Assembly: GCF_964204865.1 (NCBI RefSeq)
Contig: NC_135262.1
Location: 7,192,001-7,256,000 of the forward strand
Direction of reading: 5' to 3'
DNA: 64,000 nucleotides
DNA from: Styela clava
Taxonomy: Eukaryota
Shown here: piece by piece, positions 46,742-61,000 of the stretch
Position numbering within the stretch: position 1 is the first letter of the stretch
Layout: the number at the start of each line of letters is the position of its first letter
Program-made: the position numbers and the translations under genes
Notes under the pieces: generated by a model
The model's input: the letters and a program-made list of their open reading frames with translations, nothing else
Told to the model about the DNA's origin: nothing
The model's database searches: none

Positions 46742-49700
46742 TGATGCAAATTACCGGCATAATTCACATTCGTTCATTATACCGTTTACTCAATTTTATC
46801 CTAAACCCAAAACCCAGCTTTGTGACACATATTTGTGACGTCGCATATAACGTCATAAACCGAAGAGAAATTTATCATCGCGCCAAGGCCGAAAAAATAT
46901 AATTTTACCCATTATGACGTGTCAGAAGCAAACACACAACATAACGTATGTGGTTTCGCTTGATATATGTATAAATATCAATTTTTAGATCAGGTTTATA
47001 TACGTTCCACGCGTGGTGAAAGCGTAGTCGACAGGCGGCGGCTGTTCTAATATTTAACCAGTCATATGATTCCTGTAATTTCGATTGAGACGCCGATGTA
47101 TATTTTATCAGAACTGGGTCTGCGATAAGGGTAAACGAATGATAAAACATTTCCGGGAAATTTTATACGAAAAACGTAACACTAGATTAATTTATGAAGA
47201 AAATCTGTCATTTACTGAAAATGGTTGAATTTGAAAACAGTTTTAGTGTTGATGGTTTAGTGTTGATGGCTATCAATATGCGTACTTTTTATTTGAATTA
47301 TAGTCAGAGAATCATAGCATTGCCACAGTCTGTCATAACCATTTATGTCGTTCGCTCAAAGTGTTTTCAGCATAAACATTTATTTGTGCATAGAATTTTT
47401 TACCATTACGTATATGGCGGTCGCGTGTAAGAATGTGTTAGACTTCAATACTTGAAAAAATAAGTTGATGGGTAAAATAATTTGTAAATATTTTTAAACC
47501 CTAACGCCTAAAATCCTATTTGATATAGAGGTGTGCAGTTTGGTCATTTTTAGTAATTTATTGACTCATAAATTCCAGTTCGTTTTCTGTTATTTTATAG
47601 CAGTGCATTGCTCGATATTTGAGTTGGATTTACGAGAATAGTATGTACTATTTGCTCAACCTTGCTGTTTTACTAACTTTACCTTGGTGGTTAATATTAC
47701 TCGTCCTCGTCTCAACTTCGCTATAATTGTTAACAAAAAAGTTATTTGATCATGGATGTTAGAAATCAAATGTATTTATTTGTTTAATATTTTAAGTTGT
47801 GCTCTAATATCTTCGCTCTGAAGCATGCTGGCAGTAGGGAAATGCATATGTGTATGTGTACGATGATACATACTGATTAAAATGCGAACCCGATATTAAA
47901 ATGCAAATTATTGTTTGTTACGTCATAAAATAAAATCGAAATGCATCAGAATACCCGCCTAATAAATCAAATTGTGATTTTCTCACTTCGTTGAACCCAA
48001 TTTTTAACAGCAAATATAAACGATTTAGATTGTATTGATTCAGATTTGAAATCTATAATTTTTTATTTGATTCTAATACAATATTGACACAGAATCATAC
48101 AATATTTAGCTCGGGACATGGTGTACTTTACTTTAAATTTCACGTTTCGACATTTTTGCATCATGAAGAATCGTTGGACTTTTAGAACAATCTTAAACCC
48201 GATTAAAACTAATCTTTAAACAACGACTGCAATATTTTAATAAAATAATTATTTCACACTCATTTTGTTATTTTATTTATATAACATGAACATAATGGTA
48301 TTTGTTATTTGACAAAATTTGCTTCCATGAATTACAGTTTATTCTATCCAATATGTTTACCGGTGTAATGAAAAAAAAAATTGCGGGTTCGTTCTCGTTT
48401 TATATTCTCTCAATTTATCTTACTAGTCCGTAATTCGCGTCATTTTCTCATTACCCACGCGTTTGAAGAAACGCGCCATTTGTTATGGGACCTTCATAGA
48501 TTGCGTAGAATATCCAATAATTACGCACGCAAAAGACGCACAGCGTCAATTTTTACTAAAATTCAAATGTGAATCATACAAAAATATGAAAAATGCGATG
48601 TTTTGTCCCCAAAATTATTGCCAAATTATTATTATATCACCTATATTGTTAATATCAAATTCAAAAATTAAACTTCAAACACTCATTATTTTATTCCTAT
48701 TATTACTAGAAATTTTTTCAAGTCTTATTTTGGTTAATTTACATTGGTCAAATAAAACATTGTTATAGAATAATAGACAATAAATGATCACAACAAGTGA
48801 GCAATAACAACACAGAATTGCTTTTTAATACATCCCAGCAGCAAGGAGACTGAAAATAAATTATAAAACGGTAAACCACTGGATTCTGGTTTTATGGACT
48901 AATTAGGTGAAGAAGTATATTAGAGATAGGCGCAACCACATGAGTGTCAGTTGAATTAATCCGAATATAGCGTCAGAAAACCAGTTTCCGCAAAACATCA
49001 AATTAAACCCTTTCATTCTTACGTTATCAATATTTGCATTAATCTTGGCCCAGAACTTTGGATAGAAAAATGTCTCTACCAAAAAGTTCGGGGAAGCTGA
49101 AGCCGAAAACGCGAAGTAATGCAATGTAGTACCAAGTCAAGGTATTAGCTATAGTGAGATACCAAATACTGCACTGCACTGACTAGAAACCGTTATTGAG
49201 CGCGCTTATGATTATGTTTTACATGATGATCGTCGTCTCGCAACAAATTACAGAAAACTTATAAACAAAACATTGTATCCAATGTACGGTACTTGCGAAT
49301 TATCGGAAGCCAAGTACAAGATACCATTTGTCAAAACTACTTTTTTGTTCATGTTTCACTCTTGTTACTAGCATTAATCTCCACGGTAAATATTGATTAA
49401 CTTTTTCCCGTAACTTTTGAATACATACATGTACAACTTATTTGTTTAATATGGGGTATCTTATAACCTACATAGCGGGGATGGCGAACCTTTTTTATAC
49501 TGAATGAGTCAAACATATTTTTATCATGAAGAAAAAGAATGCGGGCCATATATTATAATGTTTTGGCATATATTTATCAAGTTCATAAATATAACGTTAC
49601 CAGAAGGTAACGTTGATGTCCTTTAAGCTCAGTTTGTAAATAGAAGCCAAGTTTCGAAATACAGTAATAGATATTCTCAAAAACCTCCTGTGGATCCCTT

Positions 49701-50373
49701 CCGGTTCATTAACCTCCGCAAAGACCCACTGCCCTAAACAAGAGTCGTTGACTGCTGCTAATCATGAACTTACCTGAAGCTTATCTATTTTTTAATGTTA
49801 AGGTAAACATCAGTTATCAGAAATATTGACTGAAAATTGAACTCTTTGCGATATGGAGATTTATTGATGAAAAGAGTCAAGCGTAGTATGAACAATAGAT
49901 ATAATACAGAATGATACTAATTATAGCAGTAAATTGTTATTTGCTCTATAACTAACGGACCAAACAATATCAAGTTGGAAGTACCGGTAGTCGCCAGAAG
50001 GCTGTTACCTTTATTTTTATACATATATTTTTTAATTTTACTGTTGGCCCTAAGAAGGTATGATATTTGACCCAAAATTTCGCTGTTTTATTGTAATCTA
50101 TGAGAACATTGCTTTTATTCTGTGACAAATTCTACCATAGCTGTCCTTCATTTCGTTTTGCGAACTCGTTGCAAGTCCTTACCAGTTACCAGTATTGATT
50201 ACCGATAACATGCGACATGTTAGTAGGGGTTATACGAGACTAACTCTCAACCCTTCCTCAGAGCCTTGGTGCTAGTCCTAGTGGATCAGTATGCCTATAA
50301 TGCAAGGGTACTGTAGCAGGAATAAACATGACCATATTATGCAATTTGAGAGTCCTGCTGCGCACTGATACAA

Positions 50374-50403
50374 ATGTATTTCTGTAACGTTACAGAAATA
50401 CAT
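50374..50403. repeat. Perfect 30-bp palindrome without a loop
   Basis: ATGTATTTCTGTAAC|GTTACAGAAATACAT. Confidence 0.95.
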
Positions 50404-50528
50404 GTGTGTTAAGTGTTAGTGTGCTGGAGGAATTTCGGATTGAAATGTATTAGGCTCGTTGGCGTAGTCATTTGACTTTCGTGCCCATTGCTCTCGTATT
50501 CTATTTGAGTTCATAAAGGGAAACAAAC

Positions 50529-50615
50529 CTTTTTATCTAGGGACGACGTGGTTGAGGATGATCGTCTTCGTCTGCTTATGCAAAGTAAATTTCGCAGTCT
50601 CTCACTCTTTCCCAT
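50529..50615 (-). CDS. Candidate alternative first coding exon B (MGKSERLRNLLCISRRRRSSSTTSSLDKK)
   Basis: Lies in a putative exon bounded by acceptor tttctttcag (before 50752) and phase-0 donor AAG|gtttgt; 29 open codons; compatible with the acceptor at 45753. Confidence 0.4.
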
Positions 50616-53600
50616 AATCCAATCAATTTGGCGGGCAGCTCTTGTGCGCTACCTTGTGATTCATTTAGTAGGTATCGCTATTGAAGGGAATTTCTGTTGC
50701 TTTGTGACTGATATTCGAAGAGATATATAATGTTATAATATTGCATTAATATCTGAAAGAAACATATACAACAAAAATAGTAAAATGCTGCTTCAATCAA
50801 CTCCATTTATCTAACCACACGCCAAGCCAAAACACGTTAAGCAAACGAAATATTTACTTAACAGGGCTGTGAGGTAGGGAAAATTTGCAATTGACTCCGA
50901 CTCCGGTTTAGAAAAATATTTTTGTCAGCTGGGAACTATATTCCAGTTTATTAATCTTATTATATAAAGCTTTTTATTACTAATTATCCTCCGCTTTTTA
51001 TTCCGCTAATTACGCCGGCTTGGATTTGATATTCGGCGAACACTGGCTATCACGGCGATTAATTTCCTTATCAGCCTCTTATCTTTAAAAATCTTAGATG
51101 ATACGATCTGAACAGGGTGTGGCGTTGCAATTGCGAATGACTATTGCAATAGGGCAACAAGGGAAAGTGCAATTATACACACCGCTTTCAGCACGCAAGA
51201 TTAAGGCCATATCAATAGGATATTAGGACCATATAAGTAGGAGAATGAGTTCAAGGGTAAGAGTCTCTCGATACAGGTAAACATACCACATACTTTACAT
51301 TAACCAATAAAAGTATATATTGCAAAACTAATTTCGAAGAAAAATGTGAATAAAGTTTGTTGTATATATAAACATTGATGGATAGTAAAACGGGACGAAA
51401 ATGCATTTTTATAACATGTCTCAAATTACACACAAACAAGACCATAACGTATAGCGTAACTATATGGGAACACTAACAGTTCTTACAAATACCTTCAAAA
51501 ATACTAAATATTTATAACAGCTCCGCAGGCTATACCAAAATGCCATATAGAACAACAATTTAATGTTTTTAGAAATAAGATAAAATCAATGTTTTGTCGT
51601 TAAGCGATCTAATGAATCGGACAGGGCAACATTTTTAAATGTTCCCAAGGAAACTTACTGTTTATGCTACTAGTTTACCAGTCAGACTGATTTTCATTCA
51701 AAATTTTTATTATTTCATGTTACTTTTTGATCGAGTTCACTCATTATTGACCTCGCATAAGTAATATATAAACAGTCATTCCATAAACAGTCTCAGAGTT
51801 TGAAATATGGAATTATTTTCAATACAGCTGAGTTCGCACAATTTCCTAAAATATGAGGCAAGGGGTGATGGACTCGTAATAAACAATAAACTGCCGGAAA
51901 AGGGCTCCAACTTGAGAACAATATAGACTGCAATGTTGTTATGTGGACCAAGGCACAAAGGAGTTTTTGTGAACTATGCAAAGCAATATTATAGTGTAAA
52001 AGTCTAGATAAATTACCTGGATTAAAAGTTGTTTTGTGGTAGTTTGCTTGAATGATGCGGTATTTAATTATAATGCTAAATTTAATTTAAATGATGATAA
52101 CTGTCCGAAACACATAAATATTTCCAAGCATTAACTCTATGCGATAGTGCCTCAAACTTGCGTATCTACATACGACTTTGAAAGAAATACCGACATACAG
52201 AGCAGAATGCCTGGCTACCATCCTTATCAGTCCGCCTCAGAAACGATATTGTGTAGCTGCGGACCACAGTCATGTTTTTATCTTGTGCGGTTAAAAGTTG
52301 GAATTTTAACTATTTTTTTTCAAGAAACTATACTGTTCTTATTGTGTAAAATAGGTGGATCGATCGTATGGCTATGCAGCAATGGGCAAAGGCTGTTCAC
52401 TGACTTTCACTGCTTGTTTGCCAAAAAACGAGAGAATTGGAGAACATGGTGCGAATGAGAGAAATAACTAAATAAGAGAGAGAGTGTTGATAACAAATGG
52501 ACGGTAATTATAAACTGAGATTGATCATTGCTCAGAGGCGCCATATCAAGGAACATTCTTGTTTCTCAACAAGCATCGTGATTATGGAATTGCTAATCGA
52601 ATCTCGACTTGGGTTTGATATTGCACGACCTAAGCACGCGATATGATATACAGGAGCTAAAAATTGAATGAAACCTCGTTTTAAAATGTCAACTATTTTT
52701 TCCCGTTAGATGATAGAAGCCTCGCACATTTTAAATAAATATCCTATTCAACCTACAATGAAATGGTTTAAAAATCAAATCCCTATATGAACACTTCAAA
52801 ACCTAAAATTTTCTACCCATGGTATCGTATACAAACTACAATTAGGTATCATATTTTCAAAAAATGCCCTCTTTTTTAGTTTTCCTCAGACAGAAAATTT
52901 GTGACTTGCTCAACAAAATTTGTGTACTGTCCATGAAAAATTCGAGAAAGTGAGAAAGTACACAGAAGCAAAGCATCGATACAAAATTCAAGCATTTCGG
53001 TCACAATATTAGTACCATGTCAAAATTAGCTAGAAATAATATGGCACAGCTTACAGCTCACTCTTTTGAAAAAACAGACAAACACCACACTGTCATTTCC
53101 AGTAACTCACTTCCAGTAAACAGGTCAATGACCAATTGACCTTTGTTTAAATCGTAGAACAATACAATGCATTTATTTTGTGTTATATTTATGCGAATAA
53201 ATTTAGATTACTGGAACATTGATTTACAATAATCTACGATGGACCTTATGAAACAATGTTCGCTCTGATTAGAAAACGGCAACGGACGACCAGAACAAAT
53301 AAAATTCATCAAATATCTAACATAAAAGGACTGCGATGCAGCCATGCATAAGTTACATACACCCTTAAAGCATTTCAATATGTAAATATCTCAAAATACA
53401 TTCGCTAAAACTATCTTTCTACAGTAATGTGTTTGTTATTCTTATTTCTCAGCCTCGGGTCGGTTGACGCAGCTAAAACATGCATTTGAATTATCATTGA
53501 ATTTACTCATAAATTTCATAATCTGGCAACTGGGTTTCGTCACGTTCTCCCGCTAACCCTGTACCCTTACTTTCTTTGCGGTAACCCCACGTGTGAAAAA

Positions 53601-55581
53601 TGGACATATCAAATTTCTAAACTTCATAGCCCTGGGGCTACACGTTTTATGCTAAAAACAAGCTAAGCATCAACTTATGCAGCATCTAAACTATGAAGAA
53701 TGGCTCATCGTAAACAGGCCTACAGAATACAATGGTTGCGGACGACTGCTAATAAAAAAGCGGGATGCATCCGCAATAAATTGCCCATATTTCCCGTGAT
53801 ACCCAAGAACACAACAAAGAAATTAACGGAACTTGAGATGATACAGATATATGATACCGTAAGCCTGCCTATCGCGAAGACACTCTATTGAGTTGATGAT
53901 ACTGTAGTCATAGAATACAGAAATACTAAATACATTTAACAAAGATGACGTAGCAGATCACGTGACGCGATGGCTGCTAGCGCGCCCCATCCAACCGCCT
54001 TTGCGACCCTAAGCCAAGTGTGTACTCGAATATCGTTTTCTAGTCTGTCGTTGTCGGCCATAATAAAATTGTATAACTTACGTGACTTATTGCTACGAAA
54101 CATCACGTTCTTAAACGCTTAGTGTTAAAATAACGTAATTAAAAATAAATAATTAAACTTTGTGGCAACGGAATCAGGAAAGTATATATGATCCAAACTT
54201 TTTTTCATTAAAACTTATAAACAATTAAAAAATAATTAACAATATTAAGAAGTTGATTATAATAAATTAACTGAAATATAGTGAACTTTATTCACACATA
54301 TGAAAAATGAATGTGTAACTTCACTTCCGATAAATAACATGGGAAAATACGTGAATACGATAGATGGAAGTTTACAAAAATCAAACTAAAAAAGTCTATT
54401 TTTTTTTTGATCAAAGAAAACAAAGGCTCGAACAAAAATTTAATACTATCCAAATTGTTAAAATAATAAAAATTGGATATACTAAGGTGCAATACTTGAG
54501 ATGCAAAAACTTTTCTGTTTGAAACTAATATCTAAAATTCTAAGTCTTTGTTTTATCCTTCAGTCTGATTGAAACTAATTCGGACACTTCCAAATTATAA
54601 GTGAAGTTCATCTCATATTGTATAACACGACCCTCGAAGTTTTCTGTTACATAACACATTTTAAGCTTCGATTAAATAAATTCCTCATTTTCTCAATCCT
54701 TTTTTTAAGACATTTTAGGCAATTCAAAGCTTTAAACTAACGAACACCAGTCGTGGTGCTTCGTTAGGCAGGCGCTCCAAGATTTTACCCCATTATTAAA
54801 CCCCGAATAGCCCCAAAACGGGGTCAGAAAACAGCAAAGGTCTCTAAAAAAACAACCTTCACTTCATCGCGTCGCCAAAAGTTATGTAACTTAAAAATTC
54901 TTCGAGGACGAACGCAGCCTATCGTAGGCTGGGCTTACGTAACGATAGCCTAAGGCATCCTGGACTCGGTGCGGAATTGGTGTGATTTTGCATATGAGGC
55001 ACGCCGATCTTACTCCGATATAACTAACTGCGCATCGAGAAAATTATTATATAACGAAAGTTCAGGTGCACCCGGGTGTCACAATATAACAAACATTACT
55101 AGCTGAAAAAACGCCCTTTCGTAATAACGTTACTACTTGTTTAGTGCAACATAAAAATTTGAAAAATAACCGCAAGTCGCCTCTGAATTCCGCGTGCGGA
55201 TTTGGTTTTAATTTAATCAGTGCATAATAACAATCTATTGGTCTTATATAAGTCATATTCTCTGTATGTATTTTCTCCTAGCCGGCATGAGTAAGCCAAT
55301 AAATTAGGTAACAATTAATGGACTATGATAGGCTACCCATTGGGCGACATACTGATGTCATCAAAAGTTTAACTTCATTCAGATCCCAAGAAAATAAAAT
55401 ACAGACGAAATAATTTCAAGATGTTCTTTATAAATTGAAAAAACGGAATTTTGTTAAGAAATTTGCCAGGAAATATTCACTTTAGCCAAGTAGTACGTTC
55501 CTTGTGACCTTGTTCTACGGTCATTTTCTAGGATCTTCTGATGACTATGTACATTATTAGTCTCTGCAACACCTCTGTCAG

Positions 55582-55805
55582 TAATCTATATTATTTGAAG
55601 TGAGGGCTACCGGGAAACGCAAGCTTAACTTAAAAACCAGGTTTTAGGAAAATATTTCCTTCAGTTTATTATTCCGAGTACTAGAATTAAATTGAATAAT
55701 CTATTTTATTTCAGGTGAAGGTTTCCGGAAAACGCAAGCTCAACCTAAAAACTAGGTTTTAGGATAATATTTCCTTCAGTTTTTATTCCGAATACTAGAA
55801 TTAAA
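55582..55805. repeat. Tandem duplication, 2 x about 115 bp
   Basis: TAATCTAT...AAACGCAAGCT...GGTTTTAGGA.AATATTTCCTTCAGTTT...TACTAGAATTAAA at 55582 and 55697. Confidence 0.9.
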
Positions 55806-56394
55806 ATATAAATATATTTGTAGCCTACGTTATATAATCTATTTATATGACTTATAGTCTAGCAACAGTCGCAAGTTCTTGTGTCTAATACTTTATTTGA
55901 TACCAAATATCATTTCCTTATAAGCGATTTTTAATTGAAAAAACATATATTTTTTTGTCTGATTTTAGCCAAATCTACGTTTTTTTCAAATTTATTCAGA
56001 ATTTAAACTCGATCTTCACTTGATCAAATTTTTATTGTTAAGGAATTTATTTAGTTACGTAAATTTCGACGACATGGTGTATTATATAAGAGCGAGTTTT
56101 ACGTCACGACCTTTGAAATATTACGTAACGTGATATAGTGAAGAAATGGAGAATAACTCAAATCGTATTATTTTTTGAAAATACTAGACAACTGTTTTGG
56201 TCACCGATTAAAATACTTTTATTAAAAACACCCCTGCTTTAATGTTTAATTAATTGAGCGGTGATTAATGCACTGTTTATATTATCTGAAAAAAAAGTGT
56301 TTTTTCTTATAGTTAGGTAAATTTTACATAATCCCAAAAACAGGGGGGCAATGACTATAAAGGCCGCCCCAAATTGAAGTATAAGTTGAAAAAT

Positions 56395-56608
56395 AGATAC
56401 TCCCGTAGTATATGTATCCTGTTAGGGTTAGGCCATAATTTTATTCCGATTTTCCTTATTTTAGTTCTATTACGAGTTCGGGGACTGTCTGTGTTAGCCA
56501 AGTAAATATACCCCTTCTCATAGGTTTCAGTCCCTTTGTACAACTTGATGTAAAGTAGGCGAACAAAATTAGTTACCTTCATATTGGTACTCATACTTCT
56601 GGAGCGCC
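56395..56608 (-). mobile_element. MITE family A
   Basis: Reverse-orientation homolog of 8968-9182, ending TACTTCTGGAGCGCC. Confidence 0.85.
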
Positions 56609-56913
56609 CATTTTTATCCCCCGATTTAAAAGCTTTTATTAGAAACATCTCCAATTTAATATTCACTCAATCAAGCAGTAATCAATGCACTGTTTATATT
56701 ATATGAAATAAAGGGAGTTATTTCATAGTTAGGTAAATTATACAAAATCCTAAGAAAAAGGGGGCAATATGACTATAAAGACCGCGTATCGGTAGTACCG
56801 GTACGATACGCCTAAGAAAGTGGGGGAATTGGGTTTGCCGGAAAGATCGACGAACAAATAATTTTGAGATGGTCGAGCAATTCCCCTTTAATTAAAATTT
56901 AAGTTGAAAAATA

Positions 56914-57299
56914 GGTACTCCCGTAGAATATGTAACAGGTTAGGGTTAGGCCCAGTGATGGGATTCAATTTTTTTTGTCAGCCGGTTCCATCACAGAAGT
57001 CATATTTTTCACCCGGTTCTGTTACAAAAAGTCATTGACAGTAACCAGTAATACTAACCGGTTCGCTGATCTCATGAAATTCCGTCCGGTGCGAACCGGC
57101 TGAATCCCACCACTGGTTAGGCCATAATTTCATTCCGATTTTCCTCATTTCAGGTATATTACGTGAGTTCGGGACTGTCTGTGTTAGCCAAGTGAATATA
57201 CTCCCTGTTCATAGCTTTCAGTCTCTTTATACAACTTGATGTAAAGTAAGCGAACAAAGTTAATTACCTCCATATTGGCGCATACACTTCTGAAGCGCC
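56914..57299 (-). mobile_element. MITE family A with a nested hAT MITE
   Basis: GGTACTCCCGTAG...CTTCTGAAGCGCC, interrupted at GTTAGGCC. Confidence 0.85.
56953..57115. mobile_element. Young hAT-type MITE (163 bp)
   Basis: TIRs CAGTGATGGGATTCA/TGAATCCCACCACTG; perfect 8-bp TSD GTTAGGCC; internal CCGGTTC repeats. Confidence 0.9.
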
Positions 57300-57896
57300 G
57301 ATATTTGGTGAATTATCGGGTTTCATAGAACCCAAGAAGAAATTTAAACTCACCTATACTATCTAACAACAAGGCAATCACAAGAAAATTACAACACCTC
57401 TCTCTTCACGTGTTCTTTCAATATTTGTACTACATGCCTAGACAACATCCAAGTTTTCTTCAACGCTACTTTATTTCTATGTCCTATCCTTCCTTATAAA
57501 CAAATAAATACATATAAATTCATTTTTGGTTACAAAATCCTGTCTCTGAACTATATCAGCGTGAACAATAAAAGAAAATTAATAGTGAACCCGCTATACG
57601 TAATATACTAACTAACTAATTCAAAATACTTTACAACGTTATATATAATAAGCAACGTTTCAAAATCGGATGGCGAAAAAATATCGGAATCAAATCTGGG
57701 TTACCGAGAAATAAGTATTACAACATTATTTATTCGAAATGGAAGCTTGATACGTTGGAATTCATTTTTTAGAAATCAAAGATGGTAGAATTCTAGGTAT
57801 TTCCAATTGAGTATCAGCAAGCGTAACGCACACTGTTAAAAAATTAATATTGTTGTTTTACAAGATCACCTACTGATATTACTGAGTAGCATTTTC

Positions 57897-58071
57897 GGCG
57901 CTCCAGAAGTGTGTGTACCATGGGGGTGATTAATTTTATTCCTCTACTTTATATCAAGTTGTGTAGAGGGACGGAAGCCTATGCGGGCAGAGGGTATATT
58001 CACTTGGCTAACACAAACAGTCCCCGAATTCGTAATAGAACTAAAATAAGGAAAATCGGAATAAAATTATG
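57897..58071 (+). mobile_element. MITE family A, 3'-truncated
   Basis: GGCGCTCCAGAAGTGTGTGTACCA...CAGTCCCCGAATTCGTAATAGAACTAAAAT. Confidence 0.8.
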
Positions 58072-61000
58072 ATTCAAATTAGGTTGTGCACGAAAAAGGA
58101 TTTTATCTATGCAAAGCGATTCAAAGACTTCCCATGGTGCTCTGAAAGAAAAATGATTTCAAATTGGAGAAATGAATCAATCATTCTTTTTTGTATTTTT
58201 AATATGTGTATATTACTATTTTAAAAAAATACCAAAAAATGCCAATACTTTTATTGCGAAAACGCACTATAATTAAATCAGTCATATGTTTTTACCATTG
58301 CAGTTTCTTCACGCTTCCGTGCCAAACAAATCTCTCCGAAGGTGCCACTGATATGTTGAGAGCTACCGCGGAATCTTTATGTATCTCAAAATATTTTTAT
58401 AGTATATGATAGCGTTGGAGTGCAATGCGTTTTGATGTCACGCCCACCGCCATAGGAAAGTTTATATTGAAATCGTTTCAATTTTTCAAAAACAATATCT
58501 GTAATCGATGTATAGTTTTAATGATAACTTTTAAAGGGTGTTTAAACTTTATATTTACTAAACACTAAGAGCAAAAAACAAAAACATAATACGACAAATA
58601 CCAAAAAGGCTAGTCAGTCGGTAATAAGAGCCATCATATCTAAATTTGAAGACGCCGTCGTTCTTAGGAAATGCAGCCAAACCCATGCGCGATTCAGCGC
58701 ATTTCAAATTTCTCATATTTCAAAGAAGATAAAGCGCTTAGATTCGAATCGAATAACAAGATTAATTAATATTGAAGTACGTAATATCAAACATAAAATA
58801 TCGATGAGATTAAAGTTTAATCTCGATTTTCCTATGGGCCACGCTTGTCATCGATTATTCGACGGAATTATATCTGAAATCTTGTATTCTGAGAACAACG
58901 GATGTTATCGAATGAATGATACTATAATCAGATATTGTTTGGTCAAGATTGACATATAGAAAATAAGAATATTTAAAATGTAGTAATATACATTGAGGCC
59001 ATAAATGGCCGTATTAAATTGTTACAATAACGTAAATAAACATCGTTGAGTGCACCAAAAACATTACAAAATTGCCATTCGTATACCCTTCAGAAACCAT
59101 CGTTTTCAGTAAATTGAAAGGCATGCGGATGAAAAACATCATTTTATTTTAATGGCGGTAGTCAGCCGAATATTTCAAGACGATAAACAAATTATTGCTT
59201 TTATGAGGATGATTAAGTTACTCACCCAATTTTCACACTAAAGCTAGTATATTTTTTAGTGAATTCTTTTCACTGATCAAATACTAGTAAAATTTTAACA
59301 GTGGTAATCTGGATATAAAATAGTCGAAAGTTCACTGTTTGATATAAAGTTATCTTATAAATATTTGAAATGCTTGAATGCCGAAATTTTTACATCATTT
59401 TTTAGATGAGATAATCTGTAATAAACCCGTGGTATTTGGATCTGAGAATTTAAAAATAAACTAAGCTGTTACATAAAGTCTATCTAATAAACAATGCCTA
59501 ATACTTATTAAAGTTTCTATCATTCTGGTTGATTTCAACCAACTGAACGCAGTAAAACTTGTGTTTCAATCCGGGTATGTCAACACCTACCGTACAGATG
59601 TTGTAAAACAATGCAGATTTCATGCCAAATATGGATATCAAGCTATACGTTTATCGCACTAACTCATGTACACGTTGGAGCATTACTAGTAGCTATCTCT
59701 TCCCATGCTAGCGTCTGTTTTTCAAACAATATGATTCAAGTCGATGAATTTTTTCCTCTAAATTTCACAACATTCCATGAACCGGACGTGAACATCCTCA
59801 CATATTAACAGTAAAATTCTGAGATTACCGGGATTTTAGAATCCGCCTTATTTCATTGAATCAATGTTGCGAAATGCACGTATTCATTGTAACTTTAAGG
59901 AGGAATATAGGTGTGCATATAAACCTCAAGCTGATTGGTTAAAAAGCACAAATATAATACATAAATGAGGATGTATGTAGAGCTTTCATGTCTAGTTTGC
60001 AAACACCTTGCAATATATTCTCAATGCGTGTCTGCATTCTCAGAAGAAAAACAAAGTATCTTAAACAGGGTATTACAAGTGCCTGCAAATGTGCTAAAAT
60101 TACTTAACGTGGATGAAAACGATGACACTAAATAAATTCTTTTTTAAGGAATTAGCCCAAGTTCACGCAGTTGCAATATTATTAGATAAGTATCCCCTAA
60201 TTTGCAAACTAAGAGGTGTGAAAGAGGTCAATTCAATTGTCAGTATCATTTGAGGTCAAAACACATTATAATGAGAATTGCTCAAATTCTCAGAACAGTA
60301 TATACACGACAACACAAAATATAAACTTCTAAATCCAATTTAACGAAAGACAGTAAACAGACACGGAAAAAGTTCTTTAAACTAAACATGACATTTTGAC
60401 AAGTTATCTTTAGCATGAAGGGTGTGTAAACTACTTACAGAATATATTCATTTGTTCATGTATTAGTTGAGGTGTGGCGTTACAATTCCGTTTGTTCGAC
60501 CTGTGAATTTATATGAAAAATCGTTAGGAGACTCGAATAATAGACGCGAAATAACCCGACTTGAACTTGGGCTCGACTAACCACCAGAGAAACTTAAATA
60601 ATCGTAAAGTACACTAATTTATTGCATCAATAAATCATAATATGATTAGGTCGCGACGAGACCGGTGTGTATGTTCTAATGTCGAATACATGATGAAATC
60701 GTATTTTGATCGTCGAATCAACGCGAAATGTGGTGTGCCATGTCGACGGGGCTCATATTTATTTCTTACGTTGTTGTTTAATAAATCTGCCATGACTCGG
60801 GGCTGCAATTGTGACTGTGCGGTACAGTGACTTGACTTACAACTAGAACTTTAAATGCTGCTGGGATTCGGATGAAAAGTTGTGATTCGACTTTAGGGCT
60901 TTTACCCAACAATGATTGGGAAAACTGCGCTTCCTTTTAACTACCGGACCAATCGCTTCAAATGTTCAGTGTCTCAACTCATTTGGTTCTAGATTACCAC

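Larger units (their letters stand above)
56200..57299. repeat. Tandem duplication (about 56200-56615 and 56616-57299); each unit contains a family A MITE
   Basis: The unique flank (AATGCACTGTTTATATTAT...ATAGTTAGGTAAATT...GACTATAAAG...TAAGTTGAAAAATAG) is repeated before both MITE copies. Confidence 0.8.

Noticed and set aside
49774-49829. 56-nt minus-strand exon with a strong CAG|GTAAGT donor
   Set aside because: It is short, AT-rich and not a multiple of three, so it would break the frame between candidate exon B and the large exon. It cannot be supported without transcript data.
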